Assembly (NCBI RefSeq): GCF_035084215.1
Contig: NC_090344.1
Span: 43,338,001 to 43,402,000 of the forward strand
Direction: 5' to 3'
Source of the DNA: Heptranchias perlo
Taxonomy: Eukaryota
DNA length: 64,000 nucleotides
In this document: piece after piece, positions 1 to 19,812 of the stretch
How positions within the stretch are numbered: position 1 is the first letter of the stretch
Layout: every line of letters starts with the position of its first letter
Notes under the pieces: model-generated
What the model was told of the DNA's origin: nothing
Seen by the model: the letters and a program-made list of their open reading frames with translations, nothing else
Database searches by the model: none
Made by a program: the position numbers and the translations under genes

Positions 1-45
1 GAGCAGCAGCAAGCGATTGGCACGCTCCTGGATGAGCTTGTTTGA
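1..45 (+). CDS. RNF122: RING finger protein 122, last codons of terminal exon (partial)
   Basis: Frame 1 reads EQQQAIGTLLDELV-TGA, matching the recalled human RNF122 C-terminus (..QNIGILLDELV*). RNF122 neighbours TTI2/MAK16 in human. Candidate AATAAA at 1156-1161, 1222-1227 and 1508-1513. Confidence 0.85.
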   Translation, partial: EQQQAIGTLLDELV

Positions 46-3000
46 TACATGTTAGAATTGGGACGGACACCAGAAGCTCGGAATAGCCAAGAATCAAGAG
101 TTTTCTATTTTTTTTCCCCATTGTGATTTGACTTTTGATTGGAACCACAGAGTGTGTGAGAGGATCTGAGTTGCACCAGACGCTGAAATCCCGTGACTGG
201 AGTAAGGCCTGGCAATGAGAAGTCATTGGGAAATTTCCTCTCTGAAAGACCTTGCAACACACCTGCTGAAGAATAGAACACTTCCAGCCTTACAGTTTCT
301 GACTGAGCTCCTTAATTCTGAACAGCAGCACTCCTGATGGGGGTCAGCACATTGCTGAACCACACAAACCAGAAGTTCCCAGGTCTGACTCCCGGTCTGT
401 GCTGAGTTGGTTGATCACAACTGGTGCAATAGTTGGGGCGCTGCGATTAGACAGTGCCCTGGGTTAGGGAGGGTTCCCATTCTGATCACGACTCAGTCAC
501 CCCTAGAGAAATGTGTGTGTGGACAGTGGGTGAGGACAGGATTAGGCTCAGCTGTGATGCTCTCCATGGCGAAATATCCTGCCAAGACTGACTAGGCTTA
601 CGCATGAAGATTGGCCGTCTGGGTGATGCAGCAGTGGACACGCAGCAGCCACGGAATTAAACCCCATTGAGAACTGGGGCCTTTGGGAGGGGAGGTGGAG
701 GTGGGGGTGGGGGAGAAAAATGGTGAGAAACAGAAGTGCTGAACGGTACTTAAAACAACAGAAATCAACGTGGTGCTTCACACACACAGCACAAGGATAA
801 CATGGCACTTTGTACACCCTGCCATATACACAGTGCAGGGACCAGACAGTGCTTCCTGCACCCTGCCGTATACATGGCAGGGCGACTTTTGGTGATTCCT
901 ACACCCCACCATACACAGGGCGCAGGGATCACACCATACTTCCTACACCTGGCATACACCCAGTGTAGAGTGCAGACTCTAACAAGACCCAGCAGTAGCC
1001 TGTGCTGCTCCGATGATAATATCCAGTATTACCGTCAGAGCATCCCAGGTCCCCCATATCTGTGTCTGCTACCACTCACTCGACGTGATTAGCTGGCGGG
1101 GTTGGGGGGAGGTGGGGAGATTATTGCAGAATCGTGTGTATAATCATTACTGAAAAATAAACCATCACTAACTACACCATTCAGATAAATATATATCTCC
1201 CTGCTGTTACTGCCAGCTTTAAATAAAGTGAAATAGCTCCCTCAGGCACAAAGTGACACTGAATTCATTAAAGGTCTCAGTCAGAGAGACTGTGAGGATA
1301 GCTGTGTGGGGGAATGGAAATGTCACACTGGTGTGGCTGAAAGTGCTCCTCTGAGCTCAGGATTAGAGCATGTTGTTAGAATAGAAGAGAGAGAGCTTCA
1401 CCCTGCAGTTAGCTGCAATGCTGAGCTCCACATGGGCTCTCTGATCGTGCTGTATATCGCACGTCTTTTGTTATTTACTGGGCACGACTGTTTTTGTATA
1501 TATTTTAAATAAACGCTTTGAATCTGTTCCTTTTATGAAGGATTTTCTTTCACTGTAAAATACTTTTAATAAATATATGGCTCCAGTGTATTTTTATGCT
1601 CTTACCTTGTGTGTTGTATGGGAGCTGGGATATGGATGAGCAGTGAGTCAGTGCATTCTGACCCCATCCAAAATGGATTTCAGGATTACTCACTGGCCGG
1701 TGTAGTGCCAGTCGAGACTAAGAAAGTCTGTGCTCAGTAGCAATATGCTGGGCAGGGTTCCCACTCCTGCTGACGAACCTGCTGGAAAGTTCCTGTGTGC
1801 ATCTCAGGTGAGGACAGAATTGTGCTCAGCTGTGATTCCCTCCACGGTTGAATATACCGACTACAGTTACTGTCACTCGCTAAAGTATGACTACTTGGAT
1901 GAGATATCAGAGGGTAGGTGGCACTGATCCCAGTAAGATATCAGCAGCTTAAGAAGGTGAGAATAGTGGGAAAGAACACATTAGAAGAATCCTATTGAGC
2001 TCCACGATGGCCCAGCTGACAAAGCCAGTGTATGACTGAAGATGCCGAGGTTACGAACGGTCTGATTCAACCTGAGAAAATGGCCACGGGAGGGGGTTGG
2101 AATCGGTAGCAAGGGAACAAAATTTGTGGCGGGCCAAAGACCCAAAGCTTCCCAATGTTTAATTGTAGGAAATTGCGGCTCATCTAGGACTGGATGTGGG
2201 ACAAGCAGAAGGAACCGGGACACAGGGCTCCCTGTGTGTTGTCTGGGCTCATACATGAAGGATGGCTATTTGGGTGATATACCAGAGGGTGCTTGTGCTA
2301 CTGTATCCCACCAAGGGGGCAACATCAGTAGAGGAGGGGAGAAAATTGTCAGGAAACAAGGATTCAAATTGTGCAATTGTTGCAGTTCCTGTCACTTCCC
2401 TTGAGCAAAAAGTTTCCTTTTTTACTGTAACGATTACTCAGTAACTGTGCAGCTGACTTTATAAAACAATACAGCACATCCCACCTGCTGTATTTTCAGT
2501 TATTTTTATCTGGAGCCCACCATGGTCACAGAAACATGGTGCTGTGTAACCACATGTGCCCCAGTTCTTTCTGTCCCGGTCTGCTTTTCCGCCATCCAGT
2601 TCTGGATCAGCTGCAATTTCCTCCGATTAAACAATGACCAAAGTCATTGGGCCATAATTTTCTGTGGCAGGGCATCTAATGGTGTCTGCGTTAGTTGGAC
2701 TTGCCCTTGCCTGTTTAGGTTATTAAATTTTTTGCATGGCAAGTTGCTGAAAGTGTGATCTGATAATGTCATAGCGAGGGGAAACAGGGCGCCTGGGACG
2801 TGAGTGAAGAGGGCAAGCAAATATGTATCTCCTTAACCAGTCAGATTGAAGGATTGTGAAATTAACAGTGCAAGGACCTGGAAGGAAGTGCAAATTAGAG
2901 TGGGTGAATTCAATGTCAAATCAGGTACAGAAAGAAAAATAAAGGGAGGGAAAGATTGGATTAAGAGAGAAAAAAGAGACAGAAAGAATAAATATAAATA

Positions 3001-3214
3001 CAGGAGCTTCACGCCATTCAATGCATTTCAATGGTGAGGCAGGCAGTGAGATGCTGTTTTCACGAAGTTAACGGCGGAGCAGCACATCTCGGATCGCAAC
3101 TTTCCGATTTCCCCGTTTAACTGCGCACCTGTCCCTCGCCTGAAGTTGTAGCATTTGCGCATAAGTAATGGTGAACGTGATTAGCCTCACCATTATTTTG
3201 ACAGCTCTGTTCCC

Positions 3215-3968
3215 TCACCCTGGCCATTGTCTCAGGCTGAACCAGACCATTTGCAACCTCAGCGTCCTATTTGACCACGAGCTGAGCTTCTGACCTCATC
3301 TACATCAACAAGAATGCCAACTTCCACCTCCATAACATTGCCCGTCTCTGCCCCTGCATAACTCCATCTGCTGCTGAAACCCTCATCCGTACTTTTGTTA
3401 CCTCTAGACTTGACTATTCCAACGCGAGCCGGCCTTCCACCTTCCACCATCCATAAAGTTGAGCTCATCCAAAACTCTGCTGCCCATATCCTAACTCGCA
3501 CCAAGTCCCGTTCACCCATCACCCCTGTGTTTGTTGACCTACATTGGCTCCCGGTCCAGCATCGCCTCAATTTTAAAATTCTCTTCCTTGTTTTCAAATC
3601 CCTCCATGGCCTCACCCCTCCCTATCTCTATAACCTTCTCCAGCCCTACAACCCTCCGAGATCTCTGCGCTCCTCCAATTCTGGCCTTTTGCACATCCCC
3701 AATTTTAATCGCTGCACCATTGGCGGCCGTGCCTTCAGCTGCCTGGGCCCTAAGCTCTGGAATTCCCTCCCGAAACCTCTCCCCTTCTCATCCTCTCCTT
3801 CTTTAAGATGCTCCTTAAAACCTCCCTCTTTGACCAAGCTTTTGATCACCTGTTCTAATATCTCCTTATGTGTCTCGGTGTCAAATTGTGTTTGATAATC
3901 GCTCCTGTGAAGCACTTTGGGACGTTTTACTATGTTAAAGGCGCCATATAAATGCAAGTTGTTGTTTT
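3215..3968 (+). mobile_element. L2-clade LINE, 5'-truncated 3' part
   Basis: Translation ..[56 protein letters not shown] is the typical L2 ORF2 C-terminus; tail ataaatgcaagttgttg. Confidence 0.85.
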
Positions 3969-4050
3969 GTTCCTGCACCAGGTATTATTAGCCCTTTAAA
4001 TCCAATATGAGAGGTTTGCAGTGTGTGGGACGTTCGACTCAATATTAGGG

Positions 4051-4228
4051 TGACGTCATCACGTAACTGCATATATTTACATATTTAATATCCACCGGTT
4101 TGGCAGCAATTTTTCGAATTAAAAGAAAACAACCAAGAAACTGTTACTGAAAACCTACTCAGTGTCCGTGTCCCGACCACAAGAGCCCGCGGGAATGCGA
4201 CTGTTCGGTTCACCGTGACCTAAAACGG
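4051..4228 (+). promoter_or_regulatory. snRNA-type Pol II promoter of U13 (DSE-like region + PSE)
   Basis: PSE-like TCACCGTGACCTAAAACGG at 4210-4228, about -61 to -43 from 4271. CRE TGACGTCA at 4051-4058 and octamer variant ATTTACAT at 4075-4082 lie at about -200 to -220. Confidence 0.75.
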
Positions 4229-4270
4229 GTTTCTTGGAGAACACACTCCAGCCGACGGATGTTATCATTG

Positions 4271-4368
4271 ATCCTTCTGGTTCAGCAATGTGATGAGTGG
4301 GTTTATCTCGCCTGTGCGTGATATGTGCCGTCCCTACTGTTACGACAGGGCACACGACCCGTCTGACG
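4271..4368 (+). ncRNA. SNORD13: U13 box C/D snoRNA (guide for 18S rRNA cytidine acetylation)
   Basis: 5' ATCCTTCTGGTTCA is antisense to the 18S 3' end. Box C GTGATGA 4290-4296, second guide TGTTACGAC 4338-4346, GTGCC/GGCAC stem, ACCCGTCTGA with box D at 4363-4366. Colinear with recalled human U13, has an upstream PSE and is syntenic with TTI2/RNF122. Confidence 0.93.
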
Positions 4369-4944
4369 CTGAGCTGGTCGGTGACCGATTGTTTGTTCGC
4401 TTTGTGTGAGGGCGTTTGCTCACTGTTTCCATCTGTTGGTTTTAGGGTGGATTTGCATGTTTGTTGTAATTACTGGGACGTTTTTCTGATACTTGAAAGT
4501 AACCAAATGTCAGCTGGTCTTCTACGCTACCGAGCAACTCAAATTGTGATTTTATTGCACAAGATTTTAACGCATCAGGAAGACTGAAGCTCATTTCTCC
4601 TTTTCTGGCCTCTGGTGCAGGCTCAACCAGGTCGTTTAAAACTGTTGCAACCCATTTGACCCACAGTTGAGTTTCAAATCCCACATTTAAAGGTGCTATA
4701 TAAATGCAAATCTTTATCTTATTTCTGTCTTTACAACATTTCCGGCCCTTGTCGTAATGTTTAAACACATTCGCACTTTTTCCATTTCTGAACTCGATTT
4801 TTTCAATGCCCTGCTTGCTGGCCTCCCATTCAGCAACTAACTTGTTCAAATCTCAGCTGTTCTTAACCGCACCTGTTATCCCCAACAGATTGAATTTAAA
4901 TTCCTTGTCCTCGTCTTCCTCCCTGGTCTGTTCCCACACTACTT

Positions 4945-6430
4945 AGGAACATAGGAAATATAGGAACAGGAGTAGGCCATTCAGCCCCTCGAGCCTGCTC
5001 CGCCATTTGATAAGATCATGGCTGATCTGTTATCGAACTCCATATACCTGCCTTTGGCCCATATCTCTTAATACCTTTGGTTGCCAAAAAGCTATCTATC
5101 TCAGATTTAAATTTAGCAATTGAGCTAGCATCAATTTCCGTTTGCGGAAGAGAGTTCCAAACTTCTACCATCCTTTGTGTGTAGAAATGTTTTCTAATCT
5201 CACTCCTGAAAGGTCTGGCTCTAATTTTTACACTGTGCCCCCTACTCCAAGAATCCCCAACCAGCGGAAATAGTTTCTCTCTATCCACCCTATCTGTTCC
5301 CCTTAATATCTTATAAACTTCGATCAGATCACCCCTTAACCTTCTGAACTCTAGAGAATACAATTTGTGTAATCTCTCCTCGTAACTTAACCCTTGAAGT
5401 CCGGGTATCATTCTAGTAAACCTACACTGCACTCCCTCCAAGACCAATTTGTCCTTCCGAAGGTGCGGTGCCCAGAACTGCTCACAGTACTCCAGGTGCA
5501 GTCTAACCAGGGTTTTGTATAGCTGCAGCATAACTGTACTCCAGTCCTCTAGATATAAAGGCCAGCATTTCATTAGCCTTATTGATTATTTTCTGCACCT
5601 GTTCATGACACTTCAATGATCGATGTACCTGAACCCCTAAGTCCCTTTGGACATCCACTGTTTTTAACTTTTTACCATTGAGAAAGTACCCTGTTCGATC
5701 CTTTTTTGATCCAAAGTGGATGACCTCACATTTGCCTACATTGAATTCCATTTGCCATAGTTTTGCCCATTCATCTAATCTATCAATATCCCTTTGTAAT
5801 TTTATGTTTTCATCTATACTGCTTACATTGCCACCAATCTTTGTGTCATCGGCAAACTTAGATATGAGACTTTCTATGCCTTCATCTAAGTCGTTAATTA
5901 ATATTGTGAATAATTGAGACCCCAAGACAGATCCCTGCAGGACTCCACTAGTCACATCCTGCCAATGTGAGTACCTACCCATTATCCCTACTCTCTGTCG
6001 CCTTTCGCTCAGCCAACTTCCTAACCAAGTCCATACTTTTCCCTCGATTCCATGGGCTTCTATCTTAGTTAACAGTCTCTCATGTGGGACTTTATCAAAT
6101 GCCTTCTGGAAGTCCATATAAATAACATCCATTCACATTCCCCTTTCCACTACTTTAGTCACCTCTTCAAAAAATTCAATCAGGTTTGTCAGGCATGACC
6201 TACCTTTCACAAATCCATGCTGGCTCTCTCTGATTAACTGAAAATTCACAAGGTGTTCAGTCATCCTATCCTTAATTATGGACTTCAGCATTTTTCCCAC
6301 AACAGATTTTAAGGCTAATTGGTCAAAAATTCCCTGGTTTCCCTCTCTCTCCTTTCTTAAAAAGCAGAGTGACATGTGCAATTTTCCAATCGAGAGGGAC
6401 AGTTCCTGAATCTGGAGAACTTTGAAAGAT
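4945..6430 (-). mobile_element. CR1-clade LINE, 5'-truncated (RT + 3' UTR), frameshifted
   Basis: SQHGFVKGRSCLTNL, YMDFQKAFDKVPH, QGSVLG and KFADDTK motifs split across three ORFs; (ttcctatg)-type tail. Confidence 0.93.
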
Positions 6431-6667
6431 TAGCCTTCAGTCCTGCTCTGCACCCGGTGGAACTCTAATTCTGGTGATCTGTGAGAGATACTACATAAAT
6501 GCAAATTGTTGTCTCGGCATCACATTCTGTGATTGCAGTCCATAAATAAATCTGTATCCTTGACCATCAGTATTGGATTGTAATCACAACTTTCATTTAT
6601 TCCATGGGCCTATTTAAACAATCACTTTTAACTTGCAGAACCCAGTTTGTGACAACAGTTGAATTCT

Positions 6668-6795
6668 GCGCCATCCGGTGGCCACAGAGGTGTACTACAC
6701 GATTTGGCGCCACCGCGCCACCAAGTGGCCGACACCAGGTACTACACCACCGATTGATACCGCGCCATCAAGTGGCTAAAGTAGGGTACTACACC
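6668..6795 (-). promoter_or_regulatory. Three tandem 47-bp units, each a CTCF-like core plus upstream motif
   Basis: GCGCCAYCMRGTGGC cores start at 6668, 6715 and 6762, each followed by GTACTACAC. On the minus strand this reads TGTAGTAC..GCCACTTGGTGGCGC. Confidence 0.6.
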
Positions 6796-6799
6796 GAAT

Positions 6800-8812
6800 C
6801 CAAAGCAAAATACTGCGCATGCTGGAATTCTGAAATAAAACCAGAAAATACTTAAAACACTCAGCAAGTCAGGCAGCAACTGGAGAGAAAGAAACAGAGT
6901 TAACGTTTCAGGTTAATGACCTTTCGTCAGAACTGGAAGAAGTTAAAGAGTTAACAGTTTTTAAGCAAGTACAGAGCGGGGGATTGGGGGGAGTGAGGAA
7001 GGGAAGGGGAGGAAAGAACAAAAGGGAAGGTCTGTGATAGTGTGGAGGGCACGAGTGATTTAATGACAAAAGGGACGATGGTGCAAGGCAAGGAGGGTGG
7101 TAATGGGACAGGTTAAGAAACAAAAGGTGAGTCAAGAGGAGCTGTAAATGGCAACAGCAGGACCATTACCAGCACCTACTGTCCGGCAAATTGGGAACAG
7201 TAGTTATGATTTGAAGTTATTGAAATCAATGTTGAGTCTGGAAGGCTGTAAAGTGCCTAATAGAAAGATAAGATACTGTTCCTCGAGCTTCATTGGAACA
7301 GTGTAGGAGGCCGAGGACAGAGAGGTCAGAGTGGGAGTGGGCAGGAAATTGGACATGATTTTAGATTTGAGGTTAGGACCAGATCAGCCATGATCTTATT
7401 GAATGGCGGAGCAGGCTCAAGGGGCCGATTGGCCTACTCCTGCTCCTATTTCTTATGTTCTTATGTTCTTATGTTCTTATTAAAATGGCAAATGACTGAA
7501 AGGTCAGGATCATGCTTGCGGACTGAGCAGAGGTGTTCAGCAAAGCGATCACCCACTCTGAGTTTGGTCTCCCCAATGTAGAGGAGACCGCATCACCAGC
7601 TGTGAATATTAAATTGAAAGAAGTACAAGTAAATCGCTGTTTCATCTGGAAGGCGTGTTTGGGGCCCTGGTGGGAAGGAAGGAGGTGAAAGGGCAGGTGT
7701 TGCTCGTATGGGAAAGTGCCGTTGGCAGAAGAGCAGGTGTGGGGGTTGATGGAAAAGTGGACCAGTGTGTTGCGGAGGGAATGGACCCTTCTGAATGCTG
7801 AAAGAGGAGGGGAGGGGAAGATGTTTTTGGTGGTGGGATCACGCGGGAGGTGGTGGAAATGGCGGAGGATGATCCGTTGAATGTGGAGGCTGTTGGGGTG
7901 GAAGTTGAGAACAAGAGGGACTCTAGCGTGGTTCTCGGTGGGAGGGGAGGGGTGAGGGTGGAAGTGCAGACAATGGGACAGACATGGTTGAGGGCCCTGT
8001 CAACTACAGTGGAGGGGAATCCTTGGTTGAGGAAAAAGGAAGACATATTGGAAGCACTGTTGTGGAAGGTGGCATCATCAGAACAGATGCAACGGAGAGG
8101 GAGAAACTGAGAGAATGGAATCGAGTCCTTACAGGAAGCGGGGTGGGAGAAAATGTAATCAAGGTAGCTGTGGGAGTCATTGGGCTTAAAATAGATATTG
8201 GTTGACAGCCGATCCTCAGAAATGGAGATAGAGAAGTCGAGGAGGGGAAGGGAAGAGTTGGAGATGGACCAATTGTACACGGTCACTCCGTGTGGCCAGT
8301 GTACATGGTCACTGCGTACGGCCACTGTGTACACGGTCACAGTGAGTTGGCTGCTGCGCGGACAGTCCACATGGACAGGTCACCATCTGGAGTGTCAACC
8401 TGTCCTTTGTCTCAGGTGCTGTTTATTTCCAGCATTTTCTGTTTGGAGCTCAGGTTGTTTGAGCCGCAGTCCCGGCTCCGGGGACCTGCACATCCCGGGA
8501 CCGTGTGAAGGCAGGGGAAGGGTGGAAATTGGAAGCAAAGTTGATGAAATTTTCCAGCTCAGGGTGAGAGCAGGAAACTGCACCAAAACAGTCATCGATG
8601 TACCGGAAAAAGAGATGAGGAAGGGTTCCTGAGTAAGACTGGAACAAGGAATGTTCCACTTACCCCACAAAAAGGCAGGCATAGCTGGGACCCATACAGG
8701 TTCCCATAGCGACACCTTTTATTTGGAGGGAGTGAGTGGAATCAAAGGAGAAGTTGTTCAACGTGAGAACAAGTTCAGCCAGGTGGTGGATGGGGACAGG
8801 TTGGGCCTCTGT
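6800..8812 (-). mobile_element. Penelope-like element (RT + GIY-YIG), decayed, with pLTR; interrupted by two inserts
   Basis: FFRYIDDCFG (RT), LDFSISI..IYFKPNDSHSYLDY..SHP (thumb) and CGLLYIGETKLRVGDRFAEH (GIY-YIG, about 7540-7595). pLTR at about 6800-6940. Inserts: CR1 tail 7352-7478 and a non-Penelope segment at about 8271-8505. Confidence 0.9.
6898..6934 (-). ncRNA. Minimal hammerhead ribozyme motif in Penelope pLTR
   Basis: Minus strand AGTT-CTGACGA-A-AGGT(CATTA)ACCT-GAAA-CGT-T-AACT: catalytic core, stem II, palindromic stem III (AACGTT) and stem I. Confidence 0.7.
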
Positions 8813-8815
8813 TCA

Positions 8816-8990
8816 GGATACTGCACCATTGAGCGACACAGCGCCACCAAGTGGCAGAGTCGGGCACTACACCAATGTGCGACACAGCGCCACCAAGTGG
8901 CAGAGTCGGGTACTAGGAGAACGGGGCGGGAGCAGCGAGATCTCGCGAGAAGCTGCGCGAGTTGCCTTGAGGAAGATGGCGGCTGTCTGA
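8816..8990 (+). promoter_or_regulatory. MAK16 CpG-rich promoter
   Basis: Two more CTCF-like units (cores at 8841 and 8887, 46-bp period), GC box GGGGCGGG at about 8923, TCTCGCGAGA (BANP/CGCG element) at 8941-8950, and GAAGATGGCGGC (YY1/TISU) at 8972-8983. Confidence 0.75.
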
Positions 8991-9030
8991 TGTTACATGT
9001 GCGGCTGGATGTGAGCGGCGAGCGGGAGCG

Positions 9031-17422
<8,392 letters not shown>

Positions 17423-17689
17423 CGGCTTCGATTGAAGCGTTGGTCGTACTGAGGGTGAGGAGCGGACTCTTAACTCCATTGCACAGACGTTATAAGGCAA
17501 AGCGGCTTTCACGGTCTGCCTGGTGGAAGGAGGTGGGGGGCAGCATTGCTGCTACTGTCGGGTATCACGGCCTGGACTGGAGAAAGCTAGAACCATTTTT
17601 AAACATTTTTATCGTGTGACCCGCCCACGGGTTTATGTTTCCCCTCCCTTGTTAGTCTTGATCAGCCCCACTTGTATAAAAACTGTACC

Positions 17690-17695
17690 AATAAA
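17690..17695 (+). terminator. MAK16 polyadenylation signal
   Basis: AATAAA about 270 nt after the stop codon. Confidence 0.65.
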
Positions 17696-19087
17696 GGATG
17701 TGATTGAACAGTGCGTAAATAGTTTTAGAAAAGTACTCCATTATCGTCTAGTTTGACACAGCTGCCAGGGTCCCAGCCTGTGTCTCAGTCCAGAACTCTT
17801 CAAACTGTACCACTGGCCAACAAAAAGCTGGTGCCAGAACCCAGACTGCGGCTGACTGCTTGCTGAAGTTGTCAGAATGTCCGAGGTTCACTCTCTGCTG
17901 TGTGCTTAGTAGAGCAACTGGTATTTTGGGAGAGTGGGGGAGGAATGCTACACACACAGGTCAGTGTTGGGCTGTGACTTCCCATCTCTGGCCGAATATC
18001 CCACCAATGCTCACTGCCTATGCTCGGACATTCCAACTGGCTACCGGGGTGAGGTAGTGGAGGGTGCCCGTCGCCTGTGGGACTGTATCCCAGCAAGGAG
18101 TCACCACGCCCAAGAGAGCTGGAGTACAGCCGTGCCAGGGATGGGGAACTTCTATTTTTAGCATCCAGTGACGGCGAGCACTCCCAGGTCAGGTATGGTT
18201 AGATTCAGAATAAAAGACCCTCTCCTGTGCACTGACAACAGGCCCAAAGAGTACCCCCAATTCTCATCCTGGTGTTCAAATCCCTCCATGGCCTCGCCCC
18301 TCCCTATCTCTGTAACCTCCAGCCCTGCAACCCCCGAGATCTCGGAGTTCCTCCAATTCTGGCCTCTTGCGCATCCCCGATTTCCTTCGCCCCACCATTG
18401 GCGGCTATGCCTTCAGCCATCTAGGCCCTAAACTTTGGAATTCTCTCTCTGTCCTCCTTTAAAACACTCGTTAAAACCGACCTCTTTGTCCCAGCATTTG
18501 GTCACCTGTCCTAATGTGTAGCTCGATGTGAAATTTTGTCCGGTTATGCCTCGTGAAGCGCCTTGGGGCGTTATATAGATGCAAGTTGTTGTTCTTTGAA
18601 GTTATTTCTGCATTTTGCACACTGACTAACTCCGTGGGCTCCTTCAGTGAACTGTCCATTTCTCATGGGGCCTTGGTCTGGGCTGGACTTGAACCCAGAC
18701 CCCGATGACAGAAGTGTCCAACTGCCACCCAGTTTCCCTGCCTCATTTTCTGTTTACACTGATTGTTGACAGCATCCTTGTTGGGGGAATACGGGATGGG
18801 AGGAGTCAGTCCGCACTATTTTCACTGACATTTAGAGTTTTGGGAAAGGAGCACCAAAACCAACCTCCGGTAACTGCAATACGCCACCTGTCTGATGGTC
18901 TTAATACATCTCCTCAAACTGCTCCCATGCCCAGTGACAACGCTGCAACCACCAATATTTCATCCCAGTGTTGTACAGCTCAGGATGCTTTCTCCAGACA
19001 CAGCCGAGGTTTGGAGGGACAGAATGTAAAATTGTTCTGCTGCGAGATGTAGTGTGAACATCTCACACGTGCATTCTACTTTAAAAG

Positions 19088-19505
19088 GAAATAACTTGCA
19101 TTTATATCGCGTCCCAAAGCGCTTTACAGCTAGTGAAGTACTTTTTGAAGTGTAGGAAACTCGGCAGCCAATTTGCATATAGCAAGCTCCCACCAACAGC
19201 AATGTGATGATGACCAGATAACCAGTTTTAGGTGTTGGCTGAGGAATAAATATTGGCCAGAACAGCGGGGAGAACTCCCCTGCTCTTCGCAATAGTGCTA
19301 TGGGATCTTTTACATCCACCTGAGAGAACATACAGGGCCTCAGTATAACGTCTCATCTGAAAGACGGCACCTCCAACAGTGCAGCACTCCCCTGCTGCTG
19401 AACTGGAGTGTCAGTCTAGATTTTTGTGCTCAAGTTTGTGGAGTGGGACATGAACCACAACCTTCTGACTCCAAGACAAGCATGCTACGCACTGAGCTGC
19501 GGCTG
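19088..19505 (-). mobile_element. tRNA-derived Deu-domain SINE (SacSINE1-like)
   Basis: Reverse complement of the 28327-28800 copy: tRNA-like head, GATGAGACGTT..GTAAAAGATCCCA core and L2-like tail. Confidence 0.8.
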
Positions 19506-19731
19506 ACTGCAACCCAGTGACAACACTGCAGAGCTGATTAGGGGTGAATGAACATGTTAAACCAGCTGTCGTGACTGTTGATGGGTTAATCCCCGTGCCT
19601 GGATCCAGCTAGCGAAGTTTATCCTAAACAGCTGGATTTATTCGAGACTTGCAATGAGGCTGCGCTAGACGACAGTGAAGATTTGCTTATGTTTATTAAG
19701 CTTCTGTACAGTTACAGTTCTCTGTGATGTG

Positions 19732-19812
19732 TTACACGTCTTGCTGTACCCTCTGCAGGCAGTCCAGCACTGTTGCGTTCTCACAGCTCTGGCGCACTCC
19801 TTCCAGGAGAAC
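19732..19812 (-). CDS. TTI2: TTI2 terminal coding exon
   Basis: tttag|VLLEGVRQSCENATVLDCLQRVQQDV-TAA. Confidence 0.9.
   Translation of the reverse strand, partial: VLLEGVRQSCENATVLDCLQRVQQDV

Noticed and set aside
340-2760. Many 60-96-aa ORFs downstream of RNF122
   Set aside because: 3' UTR or intergenic sequence with old SINE-like fragments and a decayed ~50-bp tandem repeat (about 780-965); no homology or splice pattern recognised.
4400-9000. Expected FUT10 head-to-head with MAK16
   Set aside because: No recognisable FUT10 exons; the interval is CR1, Penelope and the CTCF-like array.
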